The translations under genes were made by a program, and so were the position numbers. A stretch of 63,816 nucleotides of DNA, the filler included, from Reclinomonas americana ATCC 50394 (Eukaryota), in NCBI GenBank assembly GCA_048213135.1. It is 6 parts of 5 records of this genome, joined end to end, with 100 filler letters (N's around TTAATTAATTAA, not from the genome) between each part and the next. Parts side by side here need not be neighbours in the genome. Positions count along the whole stretch, not along the records: positions 49,280 to 58,216 come from PS015297.1; positions 58,317 to 62,487 come from PS015297.1; 4 more parts are not named here. One strand, written 5' to 3'. Positions 49,180 through 60,793 of the stretch are shown one piece after another. The notes under the pieces are model-generated. The model made no database searches, was not told the origin of the DNA, and saw only the letters and a list, made by a program, of their open reading frames with translations. Numbering within the stretch: the stretch's first letter is position 1; every line of letters starts with the position of its first letter.

Positions 49180-49555
49180 NNNNNNNNNNNNNNNNNNNNN
49201 NNNNNNNNNNNNNNNNNNNNNNNTTAATTAATTAANNNNNNNNNNNNNNNNNNNNNNNNNNNNNNNNNNNNNNNNNNNNTCTCTCTCTCTCTTTGTGCCT
49301 GTTGCTGTTGTGTCGTCATTGTACTCTTTGTGCCCTTCATGTGACCACAGCTGTGCGCACTCCCTCCCTCCCTCTCTGTGTGTGACTGTGTTGAGCTCCA
49401 CATCTGCTTTCCTCTCACAGTGATGCTGATGATGATAATGGAGAGTGCATCGTTTCCTCCCCCCCCCCCCTCCTCCTCCTCCTCCTCCATCTTCTTCTTC
49501 TTCTTCTTCCTTCTTCCTCATCATGAATTGTCGCTGTTTTCATTCCCTGTTGCAG

Positions 49556-49662
49556 AACCAACTGGCTTGTTAAAGGACAAGAAGAAGAAGCACACCGATG
49601 AGAGCACAGCTGCCATTGCCGCTGCCCGAAGTGACGCGGATAATCGCACGGAGCACGGTGCG

Positions 49663-49699
<37 letters not shown>

Positions 49700-49845
49700 C
49701 TGTCTTTGGTATCACGTGATATCTCACCTGGGCGATGCATGCGTGCACAGCTGCTCACCAGGAGCAAATGGAACACACAGCGATGGAGGGCATCGTCGAG
49801 GTGAAGTGATTGTGTGTCATCCCAAGATGAGCATGTGTCTCACTA

Positions 49846-49876
<31 letters not shown>

Positions 49877-52800
49877 TGGCATGATTGCACAGCAGCATGC
49901 GAGGAGGCAGCGAGTCGACTCGTCTCTGGTGGATCACAGTGAGGACTTGCCTGCACGTGACTTAGCTGAGACATCGGTCCGCAAGCGATCTCTGGAGGTG
50001 AGCTCCGATGAGGCACGCATCTCACTTGCATCTATCGCTCGTGCTTGGCAGTTGACACCTGTTGTTTGTCTTCATTCTCCGCAGGGGGATGCATCCAGCG
50101 ATGACGAGCTGGTACCGCCAAAGAAGAAGAACAAGGTTTGGATTCTCTTTCGTGACTTGTTGTGTTTATTTTTTCGATCTGCATTTGGGGTTCTGGTGTC
50201 AATGATGCATGTCGTGGATTCACAGCGTGGCAAGACTCGAGCTGCGGAGGAGGCAGAGGAGTTAAGCGCAGACGAGAGGCTGCTGTTGAACAAGCTGCTA
50301 GTTGCGTGTGCATGCTCTCTGTCATCATCGCAGTCCAGCTCACTCCTCCTTTCCCTCGGTGCACTCACCATTCTTCCTGTGCCACTCACAGCGATGCAAT
50401 CGAAAGAGGGTTTTGATGAAGGCATTCGGCCTGATGGCGCCCATCGTACACGGATACACAGTCCTCCACCATCAGAGTGCTCTCTTTGAGCTGGCTTGTG
50501 ATGACTCTGGGATTCCTTTATCGGAGCCGGGTCGCACGTCGTCTGCCGTCAAGTGTGCATTTGGCAAGAAGCTTGGCAGCACTGCCAATACTGCACGCAC
50601 CAGAACGCCGAAGTCAGTTGAGGGTGTGCTCCGTAGCGAGAGCAACTACATCGAGGTGAGCTAGCATATGTGCCTGTGAACGACCGTGGTATGTGGACCA
50701 ACATGCAGATGATTGCAATCTGCAGATGAGCCAGCTAAGTGGCGCGATTCTGGTGGATGCTGTTGAGAGACCACTGATTGTGGTGGATGAGCGAGGGTAT
50801 TCGGAAGTGAGTTTTTTTGCATGGTAATTTGTGTTTGTTTGATCGGTGACCGGTCTTCGGCCTCTCGCTTTGCATGTGACAGGAGTCGTGGGAGAAACTG
50901 CCTCCTCATCACAAGATCCAGAAAGACCATCTTCAGCCGTTTGTCAAGCAGGCCATGAATGCGATGCGTGAGTGCGACGATCTGATGACTGTTCTGCTTC
51001 GAGACAACCACCTCTCTGAGGCCGAGATATCACGCGCTGTCACGTGGTGTCTATCGAAAGGTCTGCAATCTCATGTATCTGGCAGTGTTGGTGTCTCTGG
51101 TGTTGACAAGTACTACGCAGAATCTGGCGATGTGAAGATGGTGGTGAAGAAGGAAGAGGAGAAAGAAGACGAGGAGGACAATGAAGAAGAAGAGGCTATC
51201 ATCAAGCATGAAGACGATGATATCAAGGTAGGCAGCAACTGTACATGAGTAGCAGGGGCTGAGCGCGAGTGCGGGTGTCTTTGTGGACTTGACCAACCAT
51301 TGATGCCATGTGTCTGCAGGAGGATGCAGGTAGCGACGATGTCGACGAATCAATGCCGAGAAAGGTCTGTCGATGCCGATATCTGTGCATGGTTATTGAG
51401 GTGGATGTGCCGATTGTCGATGTTGCATCGGGTGTGCATCTGCAGCCCGTTAAGAATAGTCGCCGCGCTTTCGATGCGGATCTGAGCAAGGATGAGCGCA
51501 TGGTGTTGGACAGACTAATTGTTGCGTGTGCATGTTCACAACACATCAGCAAGGCGGATTTGTTGACGCTGCCATGATATTGCCTGCCATTACACCTGTT
51601 GTGTGCTTGTGTGTGTGAATGTGTGAACAGCGGTGCAACAAGAAGAAGATACTGGTGATGGCATTCGGCATCATGGCGCCGATGGTGAAAGGGAACACAG
51701 TCATTCATCATCAGAGGGTTCTTGTTGAACTCGCCTGCAAGGAGTGTGGCATCCCTTCGTCAGGAGCTACCAACCCGTCGTCCGCAGTCATCGACTCATT
51801 CGGCACGAGTCTTGGTGGTGTCGTCAATGATGTGCGCTTTAGGACGCCCAAGTCAGTTGAGGGAGTACTGCGGCGCATGAGCAAGTTCATCGAGGTGAGC
51901 ATCTGTCTTGTTCTGTCCATCTCGCACGCGGCTGGAAAGTGAACCTACATCGATTCATGTGCAACCCTTGCAGAAGAGTGAAATGCGCGGTGCTGCTCTG
52001 GTGGATGCAATTGAGAGACCACTTATTGTGGTGGATGAGCGGGGCCATTCAGAGGTGTGGCAACCTTCCTCTGCGCGCTCGGACATTTCTCGGTATGCGT
52101 CAACTCACTTGCTTCGTTCACGATGTCGATCGTGCCGCAGGAGTCATGGAAGATGGCGAGGAATAGGCAGAAGGGCATCGACAGTCTCCTGCCGCTCATC
52201 GCCCAAGTCGCGCTGGCACTATGTGAGTGTCCTGGCCTGCAGGCGTCGTTGATTCGAGACGGCTGTCTCACCGAGGCGGAGATCGCACGGGCAGTCGAGT
52301 GGTGCAGCGAAAGAGGTTTGACTGCATCGGTTGTATTCTACTGTGTGCTGTGTGTTGGGACTGAGAAGCGTGACGCAGCCGTGCTGGAAGCAAAGGTGCT
52401 GAAGAAAGAGGAGGTGAAGAAGGAGGAGGAGGAGGAACAGGAGGATGATTCGAGGGTCGATGTGGAAGATGATGAAGACGACGACATGGATGAAGGTGAC
52501 AGGAGCAAGGTATGACCATGGATGATGGGGCGGCTGTGCACACTGTGGCATCATCTCATGGAGCGCATTCACAGCGACGGAGGAGCGGATCTGTGAGAAT
52601 GAGCAAAGCAGAAGAGCTGATGCTGGCGAGGCTCCTTGTTGCGTGTGTATGCAGTCATGTCCGTCTTTGTTAGTTCGTCTGGCTAATTGAGAATTCATCG
52701 CACTACCCGTGTATATGTGATTCATACGAGAGCAGTGCTGCAACAAGACGAAGATACTGGTGAAGGCATTCGGCATCATGGCTCCGATCGTGATGAGATC

Positions 52801-55686
52801 TACAGTCCGCCATCACCAGCGCTTTCTTCTTGACTTGGCATGCAAGGAGTGTCTCATCCCTTCATCGAAAGCGATCTGTCTTTCGTCGGCAGTCGTGAGC
52901 TCGTTCGGCAAGAGTCTCGGCAGTTGCTCTAGCAGCGCACGCAACAAGACGCCCAAGTCGGTTGAGGGAGTGCTAAAGATGATAAGCGACTTTGTCGAGG
53001 TGAGCAGCGTACATTTGCACCACAGACCAGTGCTGATACATGTTGTATTTTGCAGAAGAGTGAGCTGCGTGGAGGTGCTCTGGCGGATGCGATTGAGAGG
53101 CCATTGATTGTGGTGGATGTGCATGGCTATTCGGAGGTGCGTCTGCCCTGCACTCGGTGTGTGTAGTGCGTGATGGATGGTGTCTCTCATGTTCTTTGTT
53201 CGGATGTCAGGAGTCGTCACGCTTGGCGAAGGCGCAGCATAGCAACAAGCGGAGTCCTCTTCTGCCGTTCGTCACACAGGCCGTGGATGCTCTTCGCAAC
53301 TGCCCTGGCTTGCTGGTCACCCTGATTCGTGACGCCTATTTATCCGACGAGGAAATATCACGTGCCGTCGAATGGTGCTGTAAGCAAGGTTTGCTACGTG
53401 ACTTAAAATTGATGCACACTGTGCGCATGTGCTGACAAGCCTGCGAACAGTACTGAGGGAGATGGAGATGGTAAAAAAAGATGGATGGAGGGAGGACGAG
53501 CAGGGGAATGATGGTGACAAGAGCGAGAATGATAGCGGGAAGGGAAATAGGGGAATCAAGGTATGCCCGTCGCCGATTTCAATGACGTGACGAGAGATGC
53601 GTGCATCTCAACATTGCGGGGTTTGCAGCGCCGCAAGAGTGGTCCAGCGAAGCTGAGCGTCAACGAGCAACTGATGCTGGCGAAACTGCTTGTTGCGTGC
53701 TGCTTTCGTCTCTCTGCGTGCCACTGAAAGTGCTGTCACTCCCATCTTCTCACCTCGCCTTGGAGCAGGGCTGCAACAGGAAGAGGATACTGGTGAAGGC
53801 ATTTGGCCTTATGGCGCCCGTGGTGATGGGATCCACAGTCCTTCATCATCAGCGTGGTCTCTTCCGGCTTATCTGTGACGACTGCGGAATACCGTCGAAG
53901 GGACCTGGCTGTCCATCATCTGCTGTCCTGTCAGCACTTGGCAAGAGTCTCTCCATATGTGCCACTTGGACACGCAACAAGACGCCCAAGTCAGTGGAGG
54001 GTGTGCTCAAGAGTGTGAGCATCTTCATAAAGGTAATCGTTTGTGTGTTTATTGTTTTTCGCCTACGCTTGTGCTGTGCCCAAGAATCTGACCGGCAGCC
54101 ATGTGTCGGCATTCATTAGAAGAGCGGTCTTCGAGGGGCTGGGCTGGTAGATGCTGTCGAGAGACCGCAGATTGTGATTGACGAGCATGGCTACTCTGAG
54201 GCAAGTGGACTGTGGTTGTGTGCGTGCTGCTGTGCGTCGATGATGTTGACTCACTGCGATGTCTCTGCCGAGTGGCAGGAGTCAGCAAAGTCGACAATGA
54301 AAAGCGGTGCGCTGAATTCCCTATTGCCATACGTTACACAGGCCATGTGGGCGCTGCACAGCTGTCCTGGTCTGCTGGTCACGCTGCTTCGGGACGGCTG
54401 TCTGTCTAAGGTTGAGACTGCACGCGCCGCAGAGTGGTGCAGTGAGGGAGGTATGGCTTTGACTTTCCTTCTATGCACACTGTGCGCATGTGTTGACAAC
54501 TGCGAGTGAACAGCTCTGAGGGAGATGGTGAAGTATGAGGACACGATGGAGGACGAGCACGGGATCGATGACCACGAGAGCGAGAATGAGGGAAATCGGA
54601 GAATCAAGGTACTTCCGTCGCTGCTTTCAGTGACATGCGAGAGTTGCATCTCAACATTGCAGAGTTTGCACTCGCAGCGTCGCAAGAGTGGTCCAGCGAA
54701 GCTGAGCGTCAATGAGCAACTGATGCTGGCTAGACTGCTTGTTACGTGCTGCTGTCATCTCTCTGCATGCCACTGACAGAGCTGGCATGAGCTCCTCACT
54801 TCCACCCGCCCGTCACACCTGGGAGCAGGGCTGCAATAGGAAGAGAATACTGGTGAAGGCATTTGGCCTTATGGCGCCCGTGGTGAAGGCATCCACAGTC
54901 CTTCATTGTCAGCGTGGTCTCTTCCGGCTTGCCTGTGACGAATGTGGGATACCGTCGGAAGGACCTGGCTGTCCATCATCTGCTGTCCTGTCAGCAATTG
55001 GCAAGAGTCTTGCCAAGAGTGCGAAAGCGGCACGCGACAAGACGCCCAAGTCAGTGGAGGGTGTGCTGGCGAGCGTGAGCATCTTCATCGAGGTAATCGT
55101 TTGTGTGTTTATTGTTTTTGCATACGTTTGTGCTGTGCCCAAGTACCTGACCGGCAGCCATGTGTCTGCATTCATTAGAAGAGTGGGCTTCGAGGGGCTG
55201 AGCTGGTGGATGCTGTCGAGAGACCGCAGATTGTGATTGACGAGCGTGGCTTCTCCGAGGTATGTGAACAACCATTGTGTGAGTTGTTGTGCATTGATGA
55301 TCGTTGACTGACTTTGCTATCCTCTTCTCGGTTGATAGGAATCCGCAAAGTTGCCGAGGCGAGGTCCTCCAAATGTTCTTCTGCCATTCGTCACACAGGC
55401 AATGGATTTGCTCCGCACTTGTCCTGGCCTGCTGGCCACTCTGCTTCGGGACGGCTGCCTTTCGAAGGCGGAGATTACGCGTGTTGGTGAGTGCTATAAA
55501 TGCAACAATCTGGGGTCACCTTGTGTTGTTGAATGTTGTGCGAGCATCGGCACTGACAAGCATGGTGCAGTGGTGGGCGATGAAAAGCCGGTGAAGGTGG
55601 AGCTGGTGAAGAAAGAGGAGGAGGAGGAGGAGGAGGAGGAGGAGGAGGAGGAGGAGGAGGAGGATGAGGAGGACGAGGATTTGTAG
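49556..55686 (+). CDS. Unknown protein with five tandem copies of a ~190-aa domain separated by acidic linkers (5' end uncertain)
   Basis: Five homologous 264-nt core exons (50392-50655, 51631-51894, 52736-52999, 53769-54032, 54829-55092). In-frame spliced linkers join the units; single terminal TAG at 55684-55686. Confidence 0.75.
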
Positions 55687-56979
55687 AGCAATTAATTCAA
55701 GATGACGAGGGAGAGGAGCTGAATGCAAAGAGCAAGACGCTTTGTTCAATCTCACCAACTACGACACCACCACTGTTTTTGCTTTGCTTCTCTGATCCGG
55801 ACCCGGCTTTGCTTTGTTTGCCCGGCTTATGGCCTCTTCCCGAATTCGATNNNNNNNNNNNNNNNNNNNNNNNNNNNNNNNNNNNNNNNNNNNNNNNNNN
55901 NNNNNNNNNNNNNNNNNNNNNNNNNNNNNNNNNNNNNNNNNNNNNNNNNNNNNNNNNNNNNNNNNNNNNNNNNNNNNNNNNNNNNNNNNNNNNNNNNNNN
56001 NNNNNNNNNNNNNNNNNNNNNNNNNNNNNNNNNNNNNNNNNNNNNNNNNNNNNNNNNNNNNNNNNNNNNNNNNNNNNNNNNNNNNNNNNNNNNNNNNNNN
56101 NNNNNNNNNNNNNNNNNNNNNNNNNNNNNNNNNNNNNNNNNNNNNNNNNNNNNNNNNNNNNNNNNNNNNNNNNNNNNNNNNNNNNNNNNNNNNNNNNNNN
56201 NNNNNNNNNNNNNNNNNNNNNNNNNNNNNNNNNNNNNNNNNNNNNNNNNNNNNNNNNNNNNNNNNNNNNNNNNNNNNNNNNNNNNNNNNNNNNNNNNNNN
56301 NNNNNNNNNNNNNNNNNNNNNNNNNNNNNNNNNNNNNNNNNNNNNNNNNNNNNNNNNNNNNNNNNNNNNNNNNNNNNNNNNNNNNNNNNNNNNNNNNNNN
56401 NNNNNNNNNNNNNNNNNNNNNNNNNNNNNNNNNNNNNNNNNNNNNNNNNNNNNNNNNNNNNNNNNNNNNNNNNNNNNNNNNNNNNNNNNNNNNNNNNNNN
56501 NNNNNNNNNNNNNNNNNNNNNNNNNNNNNNNNNNNNNNNNNNNNNNNNNNNNNNNNNNNNNNNNNNNNNNNNNNNNNNNNNNNNNNNNNNNNNNNNNNNN
56601 NNNNNNNNNNNNNNNNNNNNNNNNNNNNNNNNNNNNNNNNNNNNNNNNNNNNNNNNNNNNNNNNNNNNNNNNNNNNNNNNNNNNNNNNNNNNNNNNNNNN
56701 NNNNNNNNNNNNNNGTGTTGATGCTTTGGATCCGGATACGGTTGAACTTGGTCGCAGCGTTGCTTGCAATTGTACATGTTGACTTGTTCGAAGCTCCGAG
56801 AACACATGTACACCCAAGGAAACATGCCGCCTCCCTCAAGACTGGTGTTTGAATAGACGTTTGCAACAGAGGCAGGTTAGTTTGCATTGATTGGTCATGA
56901 TCGCGACGGATCTCCTTCGTTGATCCACCACATCCATCACCGTTTCTCTCACTCTACCCCTCGCGCGAGAGCTCCTCCA

Positions 56980-59900
56980 ATGCTGCACAAGTCTCTCCTC
57001 ATCGCCGCACTGTGCCTCGTGCTGGCCGTGGTGGCCTCCGCGCAGGAACTCCGTTGCGTGAGCGTGCGCAGACAAAAAAGCACTCTCTCTCTCTTGTTTG
57101 TTTGTTTGTTTGTCTGTTTCTTTGTGCGTGTTGTTGCTCTCCCTCTTGCTCCTCCTCATGTGTACGCGCGTGTGTGTCTGCGTGAAGATGACAGACAGTG
57201 CGTGTGTGTCTCGTCGGAAGTATTGGGGGTCGTTGTTCCGCATTTTTCTCTCTCTCTCACACACACGCGCGCGCTCTTCCTCCTGCTTGCCTCTCTCTGT
57301 GTGTTTGTGCGAGAGAGAGTGAGCATGCACGCACACTTGTTTGTTGTTGTTCCGCGACATGGCCGCGACATGTTCATGTCACTCTCTCTCGTGTGCACAC
57401 TTCTGTGTCACTCTCTGTGTGTATGCTCCATCACCTCCCTCCCTCTCTCTCTTTCCTTCTCATTGTCTATGTTCCATCCGCTCTCACTTGTCTTGTCCTC
57501 TCTCTCTCACACTCTCTCTCTCTTCTTTTTGTTGCAGCCACGCTCAACATTGACCCGAATGGCGTCTCCACCAGCGGCATCTCGTCGGGCGGCTTCATGG
57601 TAAACCGTCTTCTTTTCTTGTGTGACTTTTTATGTGTTTTTTTATTGGTCAATTGACTGTTTCTCTCTTTTGTGATTAGGCGGTGCAAGTACACTTTGCG
57701 CACTCGAAGGTCTTCAAGGGCACGGGTGTGATTGCCGGCGGTCCGTACTACTGCGCCCAGGGCAATATCTCCACGGCGTTTGTGTCGTGCATGTATGTTG
57801 CGTGAAGGAGGGAAAGGGAAAGAGGGGAAGAAGAGGAGAAGAAGAAGAAAGAGAATGAGAAGCAGCATGAGAAAAAAGAAGACGGAGGGGAGCAATCGCT
57901 TCTTTCTCTTATACACCAACGCCTTCTCTGCGTTGGAATCTCCTCCATCCTGCTGCAATCTCTTCCATGCTGGCTGCAATCTCCTCCATCCAGTGTCTTC
58001 CATCGGTGCTGCAGCCTTTTCTACCCGAACCTCTCTCTCCCGTTTCCCTTTCCCTCTCTTTTTCGTTCAGTGCCTCTGTACCTCTCACTCTCACGTGTTA
58101 ACTTTGTTTCCGCTCACCCGATCCGTCGCACAGGAGCTCAATTGCTTTGTTTGTCTCTTTCTTCACCCCGACTCCTCTCTGTCTCTCTCCTTTAATTCCT
58201 CTCTCTCTCTCTCTCTNNNNNNNNNNNNNNNNNNNNNNNNNNNNNNNNNNNNNNNNNNNNTTAATTAATTAANNNNNNNNNNNNNNNNNNNNNNNNNNNN
58301 NNNNNNNNNNNNNNNNATCGCCTCCCTCGGTGCGTTCGCATTGTTCCGCACTTCGTACTTCCTTCTTTCCTTCCTCCTCTCGTTCACTTCGCATCCAGTC
58401 TCCACATCGTACCTCGTCGCGCTGCCACACACGTGCGATGTGTGTCCTGCTCTTCATTCGCCACGCCTCCACTCTCTCTCCCTCTCCGTCTCTTTCTCTC
58501 TCTCTCACGCGCAATCTCCCTCCCCTCGCTTTTTCTTCCCTCGTCACCGTTTCCTCCCTCTAGTTCTGTCTCTCTCCCGTCTGTCTCTCTCACTCGCATT
58601 GACTTTGTTTCCCAAGCTCTTTCCCTTCCTCATTCCCTGTCCCGCGCTCCCCTCTCCGCTCCTGACACCCTTCCCCCCTCTGTCCTCCACCCCAGAACAC
58701 CATGCCGATCAGCGTCGACACCCTTATCAACTACGCCAAGGGCAAGGCATCGTCTGGCGACATTGACGACCTCAGCAACATTTCCGGTGCGCTCCACACT
58801 GTCTCTCTGTACTTGATCTCGTTTGTCGGATTGTGTTCTGACTCACATCATCACTCGCAGGCTCGAAAGTGTGGCTGTACTCGGGCAGCAAGGACACTGT
58901 GGTCAAGCCAAACGTCATGCACAGCCTGCAGACCATGTACCAGAACCTGCAAGCTGATGTGGTCACCAACTTCACCACCCCGTCGGAGCATTGGTTGGTT
59001 ATGAACCCCGTTTCCTTCTTCTTTTCTTCCTCTCCTTCTGTCCCCCATTCGGTCTCCCCCGTCCTCTTCCCTCATCCTCATTCCCCATCCTCTTCCTTCA
59101 TTACTTTCCCCTTAGTCTTCCCCCTCCCTCGTTCTCATCCTCCGTTGCACATCCCTGGTCTTCCCCCTTGCTCTTCCCCCTTGCTCTTCCCCCTTCGGTC
59201 TTCCCCCTCTTCCGTCATTCCCCTTCGGNNNNNNNNNNNNNNNNNNNNNNNNNNNNNNNNNNNNNNNNNNNNNNNNNNNNNNNNNNNNNNNNNNNNNNNN
59301 NNNNNNNNNNNNNNNNNNNNNNNNNNNNNNNNNNNNNNNNNNNNNNNNNNNNNNNNNNNNNNNNNNNNNNNNNNNNNNNNNNNNNNNNNNNNNNNNNNNN
59401 NNNNNNNNNNNNNNNNNNNNNNNNNNNNNNNNNNNNNNNNNNNNNNNNNNNNNNNNNNNNNNNNNNNNNNNNNNNNNNNNNNNNNNNNNNNNNNNNNNNN
59501 NNNNNNNNNNNNNNNNNNNNNNNNNNNNNNNNNNNNNNNNNNNNNNNNNNNNNNNNNNNNNNNNNNNNNNNNNNNNNNNNNNNNNNNNNNNNNNNNNNNN
59601 NNNNNNNNNNNNNNNNNNNNNNNNNNNNNNNNNNNNNNNNNNNNNNNNNNNNNNNNNNNNNNNNNNNNNNNNNNNNNNNNNNNNNNNNNNNNNNNNNNNN
59701 NNNNNNNNNNNNNNNNNNNNNNNNNNNNNNNNNNNNNNNNNNNNNNNNNNATCTTCTCTCTTACCTTCTCCTTGTCCCCTTCCCCCCCCCTTCTCCCTTT
59801 TCCTTGTCCCCTGTCCCTCCTCCCCCGGCTAATCTCCCTTCCCCCCCACCCCCCTCACAGCCACCCGACCGACAACTTCGGCAACTCCTGCAGCGCTCTG

Positions 59901-60567
59901 GCGTCGCCCTACATTAGCAACTGCAACCTCGTTGCGTCGCAGTCACTCCATTCCCTGCACTATACTCGTCTCACTCTTCCCCCTCTTCCCTCAGGACGCC
60001 TCTGGCCAGCTGCTGGCCAAGATCTACGGCCAGCTGAACCCGCCCGTGCAGGCGGTGAGCGGCAACCTGCAGCGCTTCACCCAGACCTCGTACGTCCCCG
60101 GCATTGGCTACAGCGGTTTCGCGGCCGACGGCTACATTTACATCCCGACCGCCTGCAAGGCCGGCGGCTCTGTCAGTTGCGTGCCCTCCATCCACCCCTT
60201 TTTTTAGATCCCCGCCTCACCACGCCTCCTCGCAGAGTGCAAGCTGCACTTTGCCTTCCACGGCTGCAGCATGACGTACGACTCGATTGGCGACGCCTAC
60301 ATCTCGCACGCCGGCTACAACGGCTGGGCCGAGGCCAACAACATTGTGGTGGTGTACCCGCAGGCGGCCGGCTCGGCGCTCAAGTCGAACCCGCAGGCGT
60401 GCTGGGACTGGTGGGGTTTCACTGGCTCCAACTACGTCACCAAGAAGGGCAAGCAGATTCAGGCCATCTCCAACATGGTGTCGTTGCGTGGCGGGGTGAC
60501 ATTGCCCTGGCGTGAACGCGGCGTTGTGTTTCTCACTCCTCCCCACAGGAAGATTGCCAACATCTAA
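56980..60567 (+). CDS. Secreted poly(3-hydroxybutyrate) depolymerase-like serine esterase (multi-exon, spans gaps)
   Basis: Signal peptide; lipase box SGISSGGFMAVQ; AGGPYYCA; SGSKDTVV; SEH; CKLHFAFHGC; GYNGWAEANNIVVVYPQ; NPQACWDWWG. Confidence 0.88.
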
Positions 60568-60793
60568 ACCTCCCCTCCAATGGCGTCCATTGCATGCATC
60601 TCCCTCCCCCACAAGGACGTGTAAAAAAACAATGTCTCGCCATCACTTTCAATCACCCTCACACCACAACTGTGTCGGCGGTGGTTCACTGCGCGGCGAG
60701 TCTCTGTTTTTTCCCCCTCTTTTGTCACCTTCTGCGTATGCATATGGATGCTGTACAACACACCACCTCCATTGTTCGAGTGAACTGTTTGTT

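Noticed and set aside
50392..55260. GKS and IVVDE in the repeat domain as Walker A/B motifs of a helicase
   Set aside because: No GxxxxGK(S/T) spacing, and the Lys and Glu are not conserved in all units.
55697..56887. Long ORFs spanning N runs
   Set aside because: Length is an artefact of X translation; the flanks are too short to assign.
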